NCBI GenBank assembly: GCA_022646745.1
Contig: CP060262.1
Coordinates: 2,730,001-2,762,000, forward strand
Origin: Planctomycetales bacterium
GTDB lineage: Bacteria > 4484-113 > JAFGCY01
Direction of reading: 5' to 3'
DNA length: 32,000 nucleotides
Shown here: positions 26,090-32,000 of the stretch, in pieces
Layout of the letters: every line of letters begins with the position of its first letter
How positions within the stretch are numbered: position 1 is the stretch's first letter
Translations under genes and position numbers: made by a program
The notes under the pieces: generated by a model
The model's database searches: none
What the model saw: the letters and a program-made list of their open reading frames with translations, nothing else
Told to the model about the DNA's origin: nothing

Positions 26090-26129
26090 CAGATAGCAGA
26101 TAGCAGAAAGCAGAAAGCAGAGAGCAAAC
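26081..26129. repeat. Tandem heptanucleotide array (AGCAGAN)x7, left arm of an inverted repeat pair
   Basis: The units are AGCAGAT x3, AGCAGAA x2, AGCAGAG and AGCAAAC. The array starts inside the last codons and stop codon of trmFO (gca AGC AGA TAG). Confidence 0.95.
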
Positions 26130-26193
26130 TAGCTCGCATGCATTGCTCAGCATACAAACAGCGGTGTTGCCATAATCAACATCGCAATCACTT

Positions 26194-26565
26194 TTAACTT
26201 GCGGCTTCCTTAGTCAGGTTGTGGTGCAGCCTGTAGAGCATCCTGCAGATTTCGTCCAGCAATGCAGCGCTTGACTGCGCTTCTTCACGATTTGCCAACC
26301 CCAACTCAATGGAGAGTTCAAGCAGCGTATCCAGTTCTCTCGCGGACCCAAATGCAATTGCCACGAACCTTGCGTAGTCCCTCCTGCTGCTGCGGCCGTT
26401 TCCTTCGGCAAGGTTGGCTGGGATGGAAACAGCTGCCCGGCGCATCTGTGAAGTCATTCCATATTGTTCGCTTTTCGGGAATTGACTAGTCAGCGAGTAA
26501 ATCGACTTAGCCAGCGCCATGCCTTTCTGCCAGGTCTTCAGCTTCCTTATCACTTCTGAAGGCAT
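26194..26565 (-). CDS. Four-helix-bundle protein (23S rRNA intervening-sequence protein family; DGR Avd-like fold)
   Basis: The ~123-aa product (W.KGMALAK.IY.LT..FPK.E.YGMTSQMRRAAVSIPANLAEG..R.S..DY.RF..IA.GSARELDT.L) is the typical signature of the TIGR02436/PF05635 family. The SD GGAGAGGTG (26579-26571) lies 5 nt before the ATG at 26565. The TTG at 26568 is an alternative start. Confidence 0.85.
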   Translation of the reverse strand: MPSEVIRKLKTWQKGMALAKSIYSLTSQFPKSEQYGMTSQMRRAAVSIPANLAEGNGRSSRRDYARFVAIAFGSARELDTLLELSIELGLANREEAQSSAALLDEICRMLYRLHHNLTKEAAS

Positions 26566-26592
26566 CAATTCACCTCTCCATATGATAAGTAA

Positions 26593-26621
26593 TTAATAAC
26601 ACAAAATAGCAAAATATTCAA
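26593..26621 (-). promoter_or_regulatory. AT-rich sigma70-like promoter for the four-helix-bundle gene
   Basis: The minus strand reads TTGAAT (26621-26616), a 17-nt spacer ending in TGt, then TATTAA (26598-26593). Two AATATT palindromes sit at 26613-26618 and 26623-26628. Confidence 0.35.
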
Positions 26622-26647
26622 TAATATTGTAATGTTACATCAGCCGA

Positions 26648-26682
26648 GTCTGCTTTCCGCTCTCTGCTCTCTGCTCTCTGCT
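26648..26682. repeat. Tandem heptanucleotide array, right arm (reverse complement of AGCAGAN units)
   Basis: The plus strand reads GTCTGCT TTCCGCT CTCTGCT CTCTGCT CTCTGCT. On the minus strand this is AGCAGAG x3, AGCGGAA, AGCAGAC. The array ends 2 nt before the NFACT gene stop codon (26685-26687). Confidence 0.95.
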
Positions 26683-26684
26683 CC

Positions 26685-28316
26685 CTAACCTTTCTGCCAC
26701 CTCAGCAGATGCTCCCTGATCCCCCTGAACCTGTCAGGCCTGATGCTCACAACGCTTTCGCTCTTCTTCAGCACCTGTCCGGGTCTCGCGTTCTTCGGCC
26801 GGCTGAGCTGGTTCATCGGCAGGTAGCTCACGTCCGCCTCCAGCTCATTGCGCGCCTTGCTGTGGTAGCCCGCCACCAGCGCGGCCTCCTCCAGCGTGGT
26901 CCAGGGCAGCTCCTTGCCATTCGACAGCACGATCACATGGCTGCCTGGCCAGTCCCGCACGTGGAACCACATGTGCCGCCCGTTGCCAAACACCCGCAGC
27001 AGGCCGTCATTGCTGTTGTCACTCAGCCCGCAGAGGATGTCCATCCCATCACTGGAGAGGAAGCGCAGGTACTTCACGCCATGCTTCTCCAGCTTGCCGG
27101 CGCTCGTCTCCAGTGTGCTCTTGATCGCCTTGGGCTTCGCCGGCTGCTTCTGCTGAGGTAGCTGCTGGGCTTCGGCCAACTCACTTTCCGCACTGGCGAT
27201 CCGCTCCTCCAGCCGTGCCCCGGCGCGGCGCAGGCGCTGGCACCAGTGCACCAGCTCCTGGGCGTTGTCATAGACGCTCCTGCCGATCGTGATCTGCCCT
27301 GCCAGTTCCGGGTTGTCCTCCTTCCACTGGCGCAGGAAGGCCGCCGCCTGCTCCGGGTCCTCGTAATCAGCACTCACCCGCAGCAGCTCCAGTGCCACCA
27401 GCTCGAACTCATCGGCCCGGCTGCTCTGCTTCGACTGCTCGCGCAGGTTGTCAAGCAGGCGCTGGGCCTGCTCAAGCTGCTGGTTGCTGCGCGGTGCCTG
27501 CTTGCCCCGCCTGCCACGCGCACGCTGCCACAGCTCAAGCGTCACGGTATTGGCATCGCCCGGCTCCACCAGCCCGAACAGCTGGCCCGTCAATTCGCCC
27601 TTCTGCAGCTGCTCAATGAACTCCAGCAGGCTCTCGAGACTGTAGTCCACCGGCAGCAGCGGCTCCAGCACCGGCCAGATGCGGTTGTCACTGCAGGCCA
27701 CGCGGTTGGTGAACAGCTTTTCCATCGCGCGCTCGCCTTCCACGCCTTCCTTTGCGGCAATCTCTGCCAGTTCATCCGCCAGCCCGGCCAGCCCGCCTTC
27801 GCTGGCAACGTACTTGCCCAGCGGCGGGGGATCCGGCAGCGGTTGCCCGGTGGCGATGTTGCGCGTGCGCTGCGGGTCAAAGCGCAGCTTCTTGAAGATG
27901 CTCACGAGCATCCCGCGCTCGCTGATCAGGAAGGCGTTGGCACTGCGCCCGGCCAGTTCCTGGCGCAGCTCCTTCGTGGTCTCCGCGCCGTAGATGTCCT
28001 TGTGCTTCAGGGTGAACACGATGCTGCGGTCGTAGCCCTGCTGCGCGATGCTCACGATGCGGTAGCCCTGCAGGTGGAAGTTCAGCGCCTTGACAAAGTT
28101 CCCGTCAGCCTGCATCTCCGCCTCGGCCTCGGCATCCAGTTGCGCGATCACGGGGAATTCCTCCAGCATGCTCAGGAGCAGGCGCTGCTCGCCGTAATCG
28201 CTGTCAAGCTCCAGCACGATCGAGCGTTCGTCCAGCTGGCGCGCACGACGCAGGCGGGCCCCGATCAGGCGCGGGCCCTCCTCCTTCAGCCAGCGCTTGA
28301 CCAGCAGGATGTTCAC
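26685..28316 (-). CDS. rqcH: NFACT-family protein (RqcH / fibronectin-binding protein A-like; NFACT-N, coiled coil, NFACT-R/DUF814)
   Basis: The C-terminal NFACT-R block is GMDILCGLSDNSNDGLL......HMWFHVRDWPGSHVIVL. The N-terminal domain contains QGYDRSIVF (a DR motif). The middle region is Q/E/A/R-rich and looks like a coiled coil. I chose the GTG start at 28316 because TATCAT lies 6 nt upstream. Alternative starts are 28349 (ATG) and 28379 (TTG). Confidence 0.75.
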   Translation of the reverse strand: MNILLVKRWLKEEGPRLIGARLRRARQLDERSIVLELDSDYGEQRLLLSMLEEFPVIAQLDAEAEAEMQADGNFVKALNFHLQGYRIVSIAQQGYDRSIVFTLKHKDIYGAETTKELRQELAGRSANAFLISERGMLVSIFKKLRFDPQRTRNIATGQPLPDPPPLGKYVASEGGLAGLADELAEIAAKEGVEGERAMEKLFTNRVACSDNRIWPVLEPLLPVDYSLESLLEFIEQLQKGELTGQLFGLVEPGDANTVTLELWQRARGRRGKQAPRSNQQLEQAQRLLDNLREQSKQSSRADEFELVALELLRVSADYEDPEQAAAFLRQWKEDNPELAGQITIGRSVYDNAQELVHWCQRLRRAGARLEERIASAESELAEAQQLPQQKQPAKPKAIKSTLETSAGKLEKHGVKYLRFLSSDGMDILCGLSDNSNDGLLRVFGNGRHMWFHVRDWPGSHVIVLSNGKELPWTTLEEAALVAGYHSKARNELEADVSYLPMNQLSRPKNARPGQVLKKSESVVSIRPDRFRGIREHLLRWQKG

Positions 28317-28322
28317 GCAGCA

Positions 28323-28328
28323 ATGATA
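28323..28328 (-). promoter_or_regulatory. -10 box TATCAT 6 nt upstream of the NFACT gene GTG; candidate leaderless promoter
   Basis: The minus strand reads TATCAT-tgctgc-GTG, with the start codon at 28316-28314. Confidence 0.4.
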
Positions 28329-28340
28329 CCCGCCAGTAGG

Positions 28341-28349
28341 TGCTATCAT
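28341..28349 (+). promoter_or_regulatory. Extended -10 element (TGcTATCAT) 5 nt upstream of the folK GTG; candidate leaderless promoter
   Basis: TG at 28341-28342, TATCAT at 28344-28349, spacer cgcgc, then GTG at 28355. Confidence 0.4.
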
Positions 28350-28354
28350 CGCGC

Positions 28355-28882
28355 GTGCACCGGATCGGATACCTAGCAATCGGAAGCAACCTCGGGGATA
28401 GGGCCGCCACGCTGCAGCAGGCTGTTGACAGCCTGGCTGCCGTCAAGGCGATCACGATCGAGGCCGCCAGCCACATCGTCGAGACCCCGGCCTGGGGCTA
28501 CGAGTCCGCCAACAGCTACCTCAATGCCGTGCTGCGCTTCAGCACCACGCGGGTTGACGCCGATCTCGATGGGATCATTGAGCAGAGCGAGACGGAACTG
28601 GGCCGCGATCGCAGCGGCTCAGCAGAAACCTACCGTGACCGCGTGATTGACATTGACCTGATCTGGCTGGAAGGCTGGGAAGGCGAGGGCAGCCAGCTTA
28701 CAGTGCCGCATCCGCAGGCGCACCTGCGGTCCTTCGTGCTGATGCCGCTGGAGGAACTGGCAGCGGATTTCCAGCTCGAAGCGGGAAGCATCGCGCAGTG
28801 CATCGATGCCCTGCCCGACGAGGATTACGACGCACTCAGCTGGCGGCGGGATCTCCTGCTGAAGCTTCCCGGTACCGCTTAG
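28355..28882 (+). CDS. folK: 2-amino-4-hydroxy-6-hydroxymethyldihydropterin pyrophosphokinase (HPPK)
   Basis: HPPK blocks are present: the N-terminal YLAIGSNLGDR, then ETPAWG, DIDL and PHP....R.FVL.PL. I prefer the GTG at 28355 to the upstream in-frame start at 28340 because it gives a typical N-terminus and a -10 box precedes it. Confidence 0.85.
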   Translation: MHRIGYLAIGSNLGDRAATLQQAVDSLAAVKAITIEAASHIVETPAWGYESANSYLNAVLRFSTTRVDADLDGIIEQSETELGRDRSGSAETYRDRVIDIDLIWLEGWEGEGSQLTVPHPQAHLRSFVLMPLEELAADFQLEAGSIAQCIDALPDEDYDALSWRRDLLLKLPGTA

Positions 28883-31512
28883 TTCTTGTCCCTGGCACAG
28901 CGGAAGGTGAAGGTGTTGAAGCTCACCGAGGGATCCTCCGGGTAGCGGTTGGCGCAGCGGATGATGTTGCGTCCGTTGCTGAACGCGCCGCCTCGCAGCA
29001 CCTTCAGTTCGCCACTGGCATTCGGGTCATACGGATATGCCGCATGCGAGCTTGACGTCCATTGCCACAGCACACCAACCATTGCCAGCACTCCGTAGGG
29101 TGATTCAGCCTTCTGGTTCAGCACCAGCCGGTAGTTCAGGGAACCGCGCGGCAGGATGTCGCTTGACCAGTCATTGCCCCAGGGGTAGAGCTGGCCGTCC
29201 GTCCCACGTGCGGCCTTCTCCCACTCGGCCTCCGTCGGCAGGCGCTTGCCGGCCCAGCGGCAGTACTGGTTGGCATCCTCCCAGGTCACGCCACGCACCG
29301 GCATGTCCGCCGTGCCCGGCTCGAAGTACTTCTGCCAGTTGCCCTGCGGCTTGTAGCCGTCGCTGAGCACGAACTGGTAGTACTGCCGGTTGGTGACCGG
29401 GTACTTGTCAATGTAGAAGTCCGCCACCTCGACTTCATGCAGCGGCCGTTCATCCTCATCGCCGGCACTGGCCAGCTCGTCGGTGCCCATCAGGAACTTC
29501 CCGCCGGGTATGAACACCATGTCGCCCAGGTCAGCCGGGGTGGTACCAGCGCCGGAGTTGCCACCTGGCCCACCGCCGATGTAGAGCTGCGTGTAGTCCG
29601 GTGCCGTACTGCCGGAGCTGCCACCGCCGGGCTTGCGCCCATCACGGCCGGTGATCTGCTTGAGCGGTACGCTGTACTGGTTCTCCGGGCCGGGCAGGGT
29701 GCCTGGTGCAACCTCGCGCACTTGCTCCGCTTCCCCGCTCGTCGTCTCATGCACTGTTTCCGCAGCATCGTCCTCAATCGTTGCATCATCCTGTTCTGCA
29801 GCCCTGATCTCCTCAGGGAAGGCGAAGGCCGGGATGTCATCCCGTTCCGGCAGCTCCTCAGCGCTGTCCTCAGCTGCCGCCGGCTCTCCCGCATCAGCTC
29901 CCAGTTCCTGCACTTCAGCATCCTGTGCCTCGTTGACAGTCTCCGCCGCCTGCTGGGCCTCAGTGGCCGGAGTGGTCTCACGTGCGTCTGAGGGCAGCTC
30001 GATGTTCACGCTGTTGCCACTTTCGCGTTCCTTGCGCTCCTCGACGCGCTCCTTCAGCTCGGCCAGGCTACCCGGTGCCACATCGTCCGCGTTCGCAGCG
30101 GACTGCTGGTCTGCGGACTCGGCAGGTTCCTCGCTGGCCGCATTACCGGCAACGGGATCATCGATCTCCTGATCAGGCTGCTCCTGCGCATCTGCACCAT
30201 CAGTTGATTCAGTTTCCTCCACTCCGGACTCATCCGGCTGATCCTGCTCTGCTGCAGCGGCGGAATCATCATCCGGCACCAGTTCCTCTTCATCGCTGCC
30301 AATGCCGTCCTCGATCTGCTCATTGGCTTCCTCGGCGACTTCAGCCGGCATTTCCTCGCTGCCGATTTCAGTATCCTCGCCGCCAAGCTCCCGGCGTTCG
30401 GACTGGTCCGCGGCACTGATCGTGATCGGGCCGGCAGGCCTGCTGCCACCGGGCGGGTCCATGTTCACCGGACCCAGCGGTTGCTCCGTTTCCATCGGCT
30501 GGTAGTCCGGCAGCAGCGCCGTCGGGATGATCATCGGGGACAGGTCCACCTCGCTTTCCCAGGCGGCCCAGCCAAACGAATAGAGCAAGGCCCGCAGCGG
30601 TACGGCTGGCTGCGCTTCCGCAGCAGGCACGGCACCGTCGGCACTGACTTCCGGGGCTGCATCTGCGTTGCCAGCTTCCGCTGCAGCAGCGTCTTCGTTT
30701 GCAGGCTGTGCAGCCTCCGGCGTGGCAGGCGGCGCTTCCAGCAGCCTGACATTCGCGGGGATAGAGTCCGACATCACCGTGGTCTCGGTGACCGCCGTGC
30801 TCAGGGAGCCGACATAGACCACGATGCGCGGATTGGCAACGCTCTCGCTGATGCGCACCGGCAGGGTGGCCTTCAGCCGTGGGTTGAACTGGCTGCTGCG
30901 GGATGGCTTGAACGGGTCAACCAGCTGCTGGAACAATGAGTCGCAGGGGATCAGCCAGGATGTGCCGGTGATTGCGTAATCCGGGTTGCCACCCATCAGG
31001 CGCGGATCCTGCGGTCCGCTGAAGTTGATGTTTGCATCCAGCCCGCTGGACAGCCCGCGCATCCCGGCGAGGATGCGCTGCGCATCATTGCTCACCGCGT
31101 CCTCAGCGCTGCCGGCCATCTGGCCCACCAGCACTTCCGGCGGGTAGGCCGCGCTGTACATGAAGTCATAGCGGCCGTTGGCATCGTTGTACCACTTCAT
31201 GCGCAGCTCGCCATCCGGCTCGATGCCACGAGGCAGGGCGACTGCTATGAAGCCGTTGAGTGGCACGGCATATTCGCCGGCCTGCTGGGCCTCAGCGTGC
31301 ATCAGTGTATCGATGTCGATCTCGATGAAACGGCGCTTGCCCGGCTCCATCAGCGGTCCGGCCCTGAGCGTGTACTCCAGGCTGACATTGCTGTCAGTGA
31401 AACTGCGCGTGAATGTACGGGCAGCCAGCGGCCTGAGGTCCTCAGGTGCCTGGGCCCGGGCCGTGCCCACCAGCAGCACGGCAAGCATCAGCGTGAATAA
31501 CTTCCTCATCAC
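28879..31512 (-). CDS. Secreted multidomain protein: unknown N-terminal domain, long acidic low-complexity spacer, C-terminal FGE-sulfatase (SUMF1/DUF323, C-type-lectin-like) fold
   Basis: There is a signal peptide (MMRKLFTLMLAVLLVGTARAQ). The C-terminal ~210 aa has FGE-family blocks: MVFIPGGKFLMG, PLHEVEVADFYIDKYPVTN.QY..F, PVRGVTWEDA..YC.WAGKRLPTEAEWEKAARG, YPWGN, G.LWQWT, LRGGAF and FRCARD. Residues ~365-605 are dominated by E/D/A/Q. Confidence 0.8.
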   Translation of the reverse strand: MMRKLFTLMLAVLLVGTARAQAPEDLRPLAARTFTRSFTDSNVSLEYTLRAGPLMEPGKRRFIEIDIDTLMHAEAQQAGEYAVPLNGFIAVALPRGIEPDGELRMKWYNDANGRYDFMYSAAYPPEVLVGQMAGSAEDAVSNDAQRILAGMRGLSSGLDANINFSGPQDPRLMGGNPDYAITGTSWLIPCDSLFQQLVDPFKPSRSSQFNPRLKATLPVRISESVANPRIVVYVGSLSTAVTETTVMSDSIPANVRLLEAPPATPEAAQPANEDAAAAEAGNADAAPEVSADGAVPAAEAQPAVPLRALLYSFGWAAWESEVDLSPMIIPTALLPDYQPMETEQPLGPVNMDPPGGSRPAGPITISAADQSERRELGGEDTEIGSEEMPAEVAEEANEQIEDGIGSDEEELVPDDDSAAAAEQDQPDESGVEETESTDGADAQEQPDQEIDDPVAGNAASEEPAESADQQSAANADDVAPGSLAELKERVEERKERESGNSVNIELPSDARETTPATEAQQAAETVNEAQDAEVQELGADAGEPAAAEDSAEELPERDDIPAFAFPEEIRAAEQDDATIEDDAAETVHETTSGEAEQVREVAPGTLPGPENQYSVPLKQITGRDGRKPGGGSSGSTAPDYTQLYIGGGPGGNSGAGTTPADLGDMVFIPGGKFLMGTDELASAGDEDERPLHEVEVADFYIDKYPVTNRQYYQFVLSDGYKPQGNWQKYFEPGTADMPVRGVTWEDANQYCRWAGKRLPTEAEWEKAARGTDGQLYPWGNDWSSDILPRGSLNYRLVLNQKAESPYGVLAMVGVLWQWTSSSHAAYPYDPNASGELKVLRGGAFSNGRNIIRCANRYPEDPSVSFNTFTFRCARDKN

Positions 31513-31517
31513 CCACC

Positions 31518-31523
31518 ATCTTA
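31518..31523 (-). promoter_or_regulatory. -10 box TAAGAT 5 nt upstream of the GTG (8 nt upstream of the ATG) of the FGE-fold gene
   Basis: The minus strand reads TAAGAT-ggtgg-GTG-ATG, with candidate start codons at 31512 and 31509. Confidence 0.35.
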
Positions 31524-31586
31524 GCCGTTACCGGCCTGCACTCCCGCAGACTGCACGGCGGCCTTCCTTGATCAGTTACGCTTCTT

Positions 31587-32000
31587 TCAGAACAGGCTGC
31601 TGTCCAGCCAGGCCAGCACGTTTTGCAGCACATTATGCCGCTGGATCGGGTCCGGAGTGAACTGCGCCTCGCTGTAGCTCCAGCCGATCACCCACAGCTT
31701 GGCCGGCCCGTTGTTGTGGCTGTAGGTCCCGCCAAAGCCGATATTGGAATCCGGTGCGGTTTCCATGCCGTAGCTGAAGCACAGCCAGAATGGCGGATCA
31801 GCATCCGGGTAGGCCATGCCCGGGATGAAGTCCGGGTGGGTCGCACCGTTCGAGTTGATCGTGTCATAGATGATCGCACCCTGGATACGCTGCCCGATGC
31901 GGCAGGTCGAGGGCTGAAGGCCTGAGGAGCCCGCTCCGCTGTACTGCTCGGCAGCCGTCGGGTCAATCCGGATCAGTGAAGGGGTCGCACTCTGGTTCAG
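31587..32000 (-). CDS. Hypothetical protein, 3' part only (reading frame open to the right window edge)
   Basis: I translated the minus strand upstream of the listed 76-aa ORF by hand and found no stop codon up to position 32000 (...LNQSATPSLIRIDPTAAEQYSGAGSSGLQPSTCRIGQRIQGAIIYDTINSNGATHPDFIPGMAYPD...). I recognised no family. Confidence 0.5.
   Translation of the reverse strand: MNQSATPSLIRIDPTAAEQYSGAGSSGLQPSTCRIGQRIQGAIIYDTINSNGATHPDFIPGMAYPDADPPFWLCFSYGMETAPDSNIGFGGTYSHNNGPAKLWVIGWSYSEAQFTPDPIQRHNVLQNVLAWLDSSLF

Larger units (their letters stand above)
26081..26689 (-). other. Candidate inserted cassette: inverted heptamer-repeat arms plus a low-GC four-helix-bundle gene with its own promoter and SD
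   Basis: The arms lie at 26081-26129 and 26648-26682. The interior has hand-counted GC of 45-47% (coding lines) and ~17% (26581-26640), against ~65% in the flanks. The segment fills the only large convergent-gene gap in the window. Confidence 0.4.

Noticed and set aside
26081-26682. CRISPR array.
   Set aside because: The repeat unit is only 7 nt, is directly tandem with no spacers, and the two arrays are in inverted orientation. No cas genes are present.
28340-28379. The longest-ORF starts for folK (28340) and the NFACT gene (TTG 28379 or ATG 28349).
   Set aside because: These starts would make the divergent genes overlap or leave only about 5 nt between them. They would also add atypical N-terminal residues. 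The internal GTGs at 28355 and 28316 each sit 5-6 nt after a TATCAT -10 box and give family-typical N-termini. This remains uncertain.
26194-31512. A complete diversity-generating retroelement, given an Avd-like four-helix-bundle gene and an FGE/C-type-lectin-fold protein within 2.3 kb of each other.
   Set aside because: No reverse-transcriptase ORF is present in the window. Reading by eye, I found no template repeat matching the 3' end of the FGE-fold gene. Two unrelated housekeeping genes (NFACT, folK) also separate the components. I kept it only as a genome-wide check under the FGE finding.
31587-31817. The 76-aa ORF as a stand-alone small gene.
   Set aside because: Hand translation shows the frame continues without a stop to position 32000. 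It is therefore the C-terminus of a larger protein cut off by the window edge.
1-32000. tRNA, rRNA or other structured RNA genes in intergenic regions.
   Set aside because: The intergenic spacers are short (0-133 nt apart from the cassette). None showed cloverleaf-type stems or rRNA-like sequence when read by eye. A covariance-model scan would be needed to exclude small ncRNAs.

Overview
This is a densely packed, high-GC bacterial chromosomal window (hand-sampled 60-nt lines give about 60-65% GC). It is mostly housekeeping genes. Left to right: a gp5/VgrG-like spike ORF at the edge, clpP, tkt, a metallophosphoesterase, a family-5 SBP lipoprotein plus a GT4 glycosyltransferase, and an unknown lipoprotein. 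Next comes a five-gene minus-strand operon in which every junction overlaps (B12-binding MCM small subunit, lone lipoyl domain, serS, queA, sugar nucleotidyltransferase). Then infC-rpmI-rplT, trkA-trkH, a small unknown ORF, a CRTAC1/ASPIC FG-GAP protein, aspartokinase, an ELM1-like protein, a MoxR ATPase, trmFO, a four-helix-bundle gene, an NFACT/RqcH-like gene, folK, a large secreted FGE-fold protein and a truncated ORF at the right edge. I recognised no rRNA, tRNA, CRISPR array, transposase or classical defence gene. Four things stand out. (1) A roughly 600-bp low-GC segment at 26081-26689 carries a 23S-rRNA-IVS/Avd-like four-helix-bundle gene and is bracketed by inverted arrays of AGCAGAN heptamers. 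It sits in the only non-abutting convergent junction of the window, so it is a candidate undescribed insertion cassette. (2) The left-edge ORF joins a gp5/gpV OB-fold spike domain to an extension carrying two NPLYEG (integrin-beta-tail-like NPxY) motifs and an isolated tyrosine-kinase catalytic-loop string, HRDIAARN. It also has lower GC than its neighbours, which suggests an injected eukaryote-mimicking effector whose secretion machinery would lie upstream of the window. (3) At least ten genes have a -10 box (often the TGn-extended type) 5-8 nt before the start codon and no Shine-Dalgarno sequence, which suggests pervasive leaderless transcription. (4) Convergent genes abut or overlap at their stop codons. 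All calls come from reading the sequence and the ORF translations. No database search was run.
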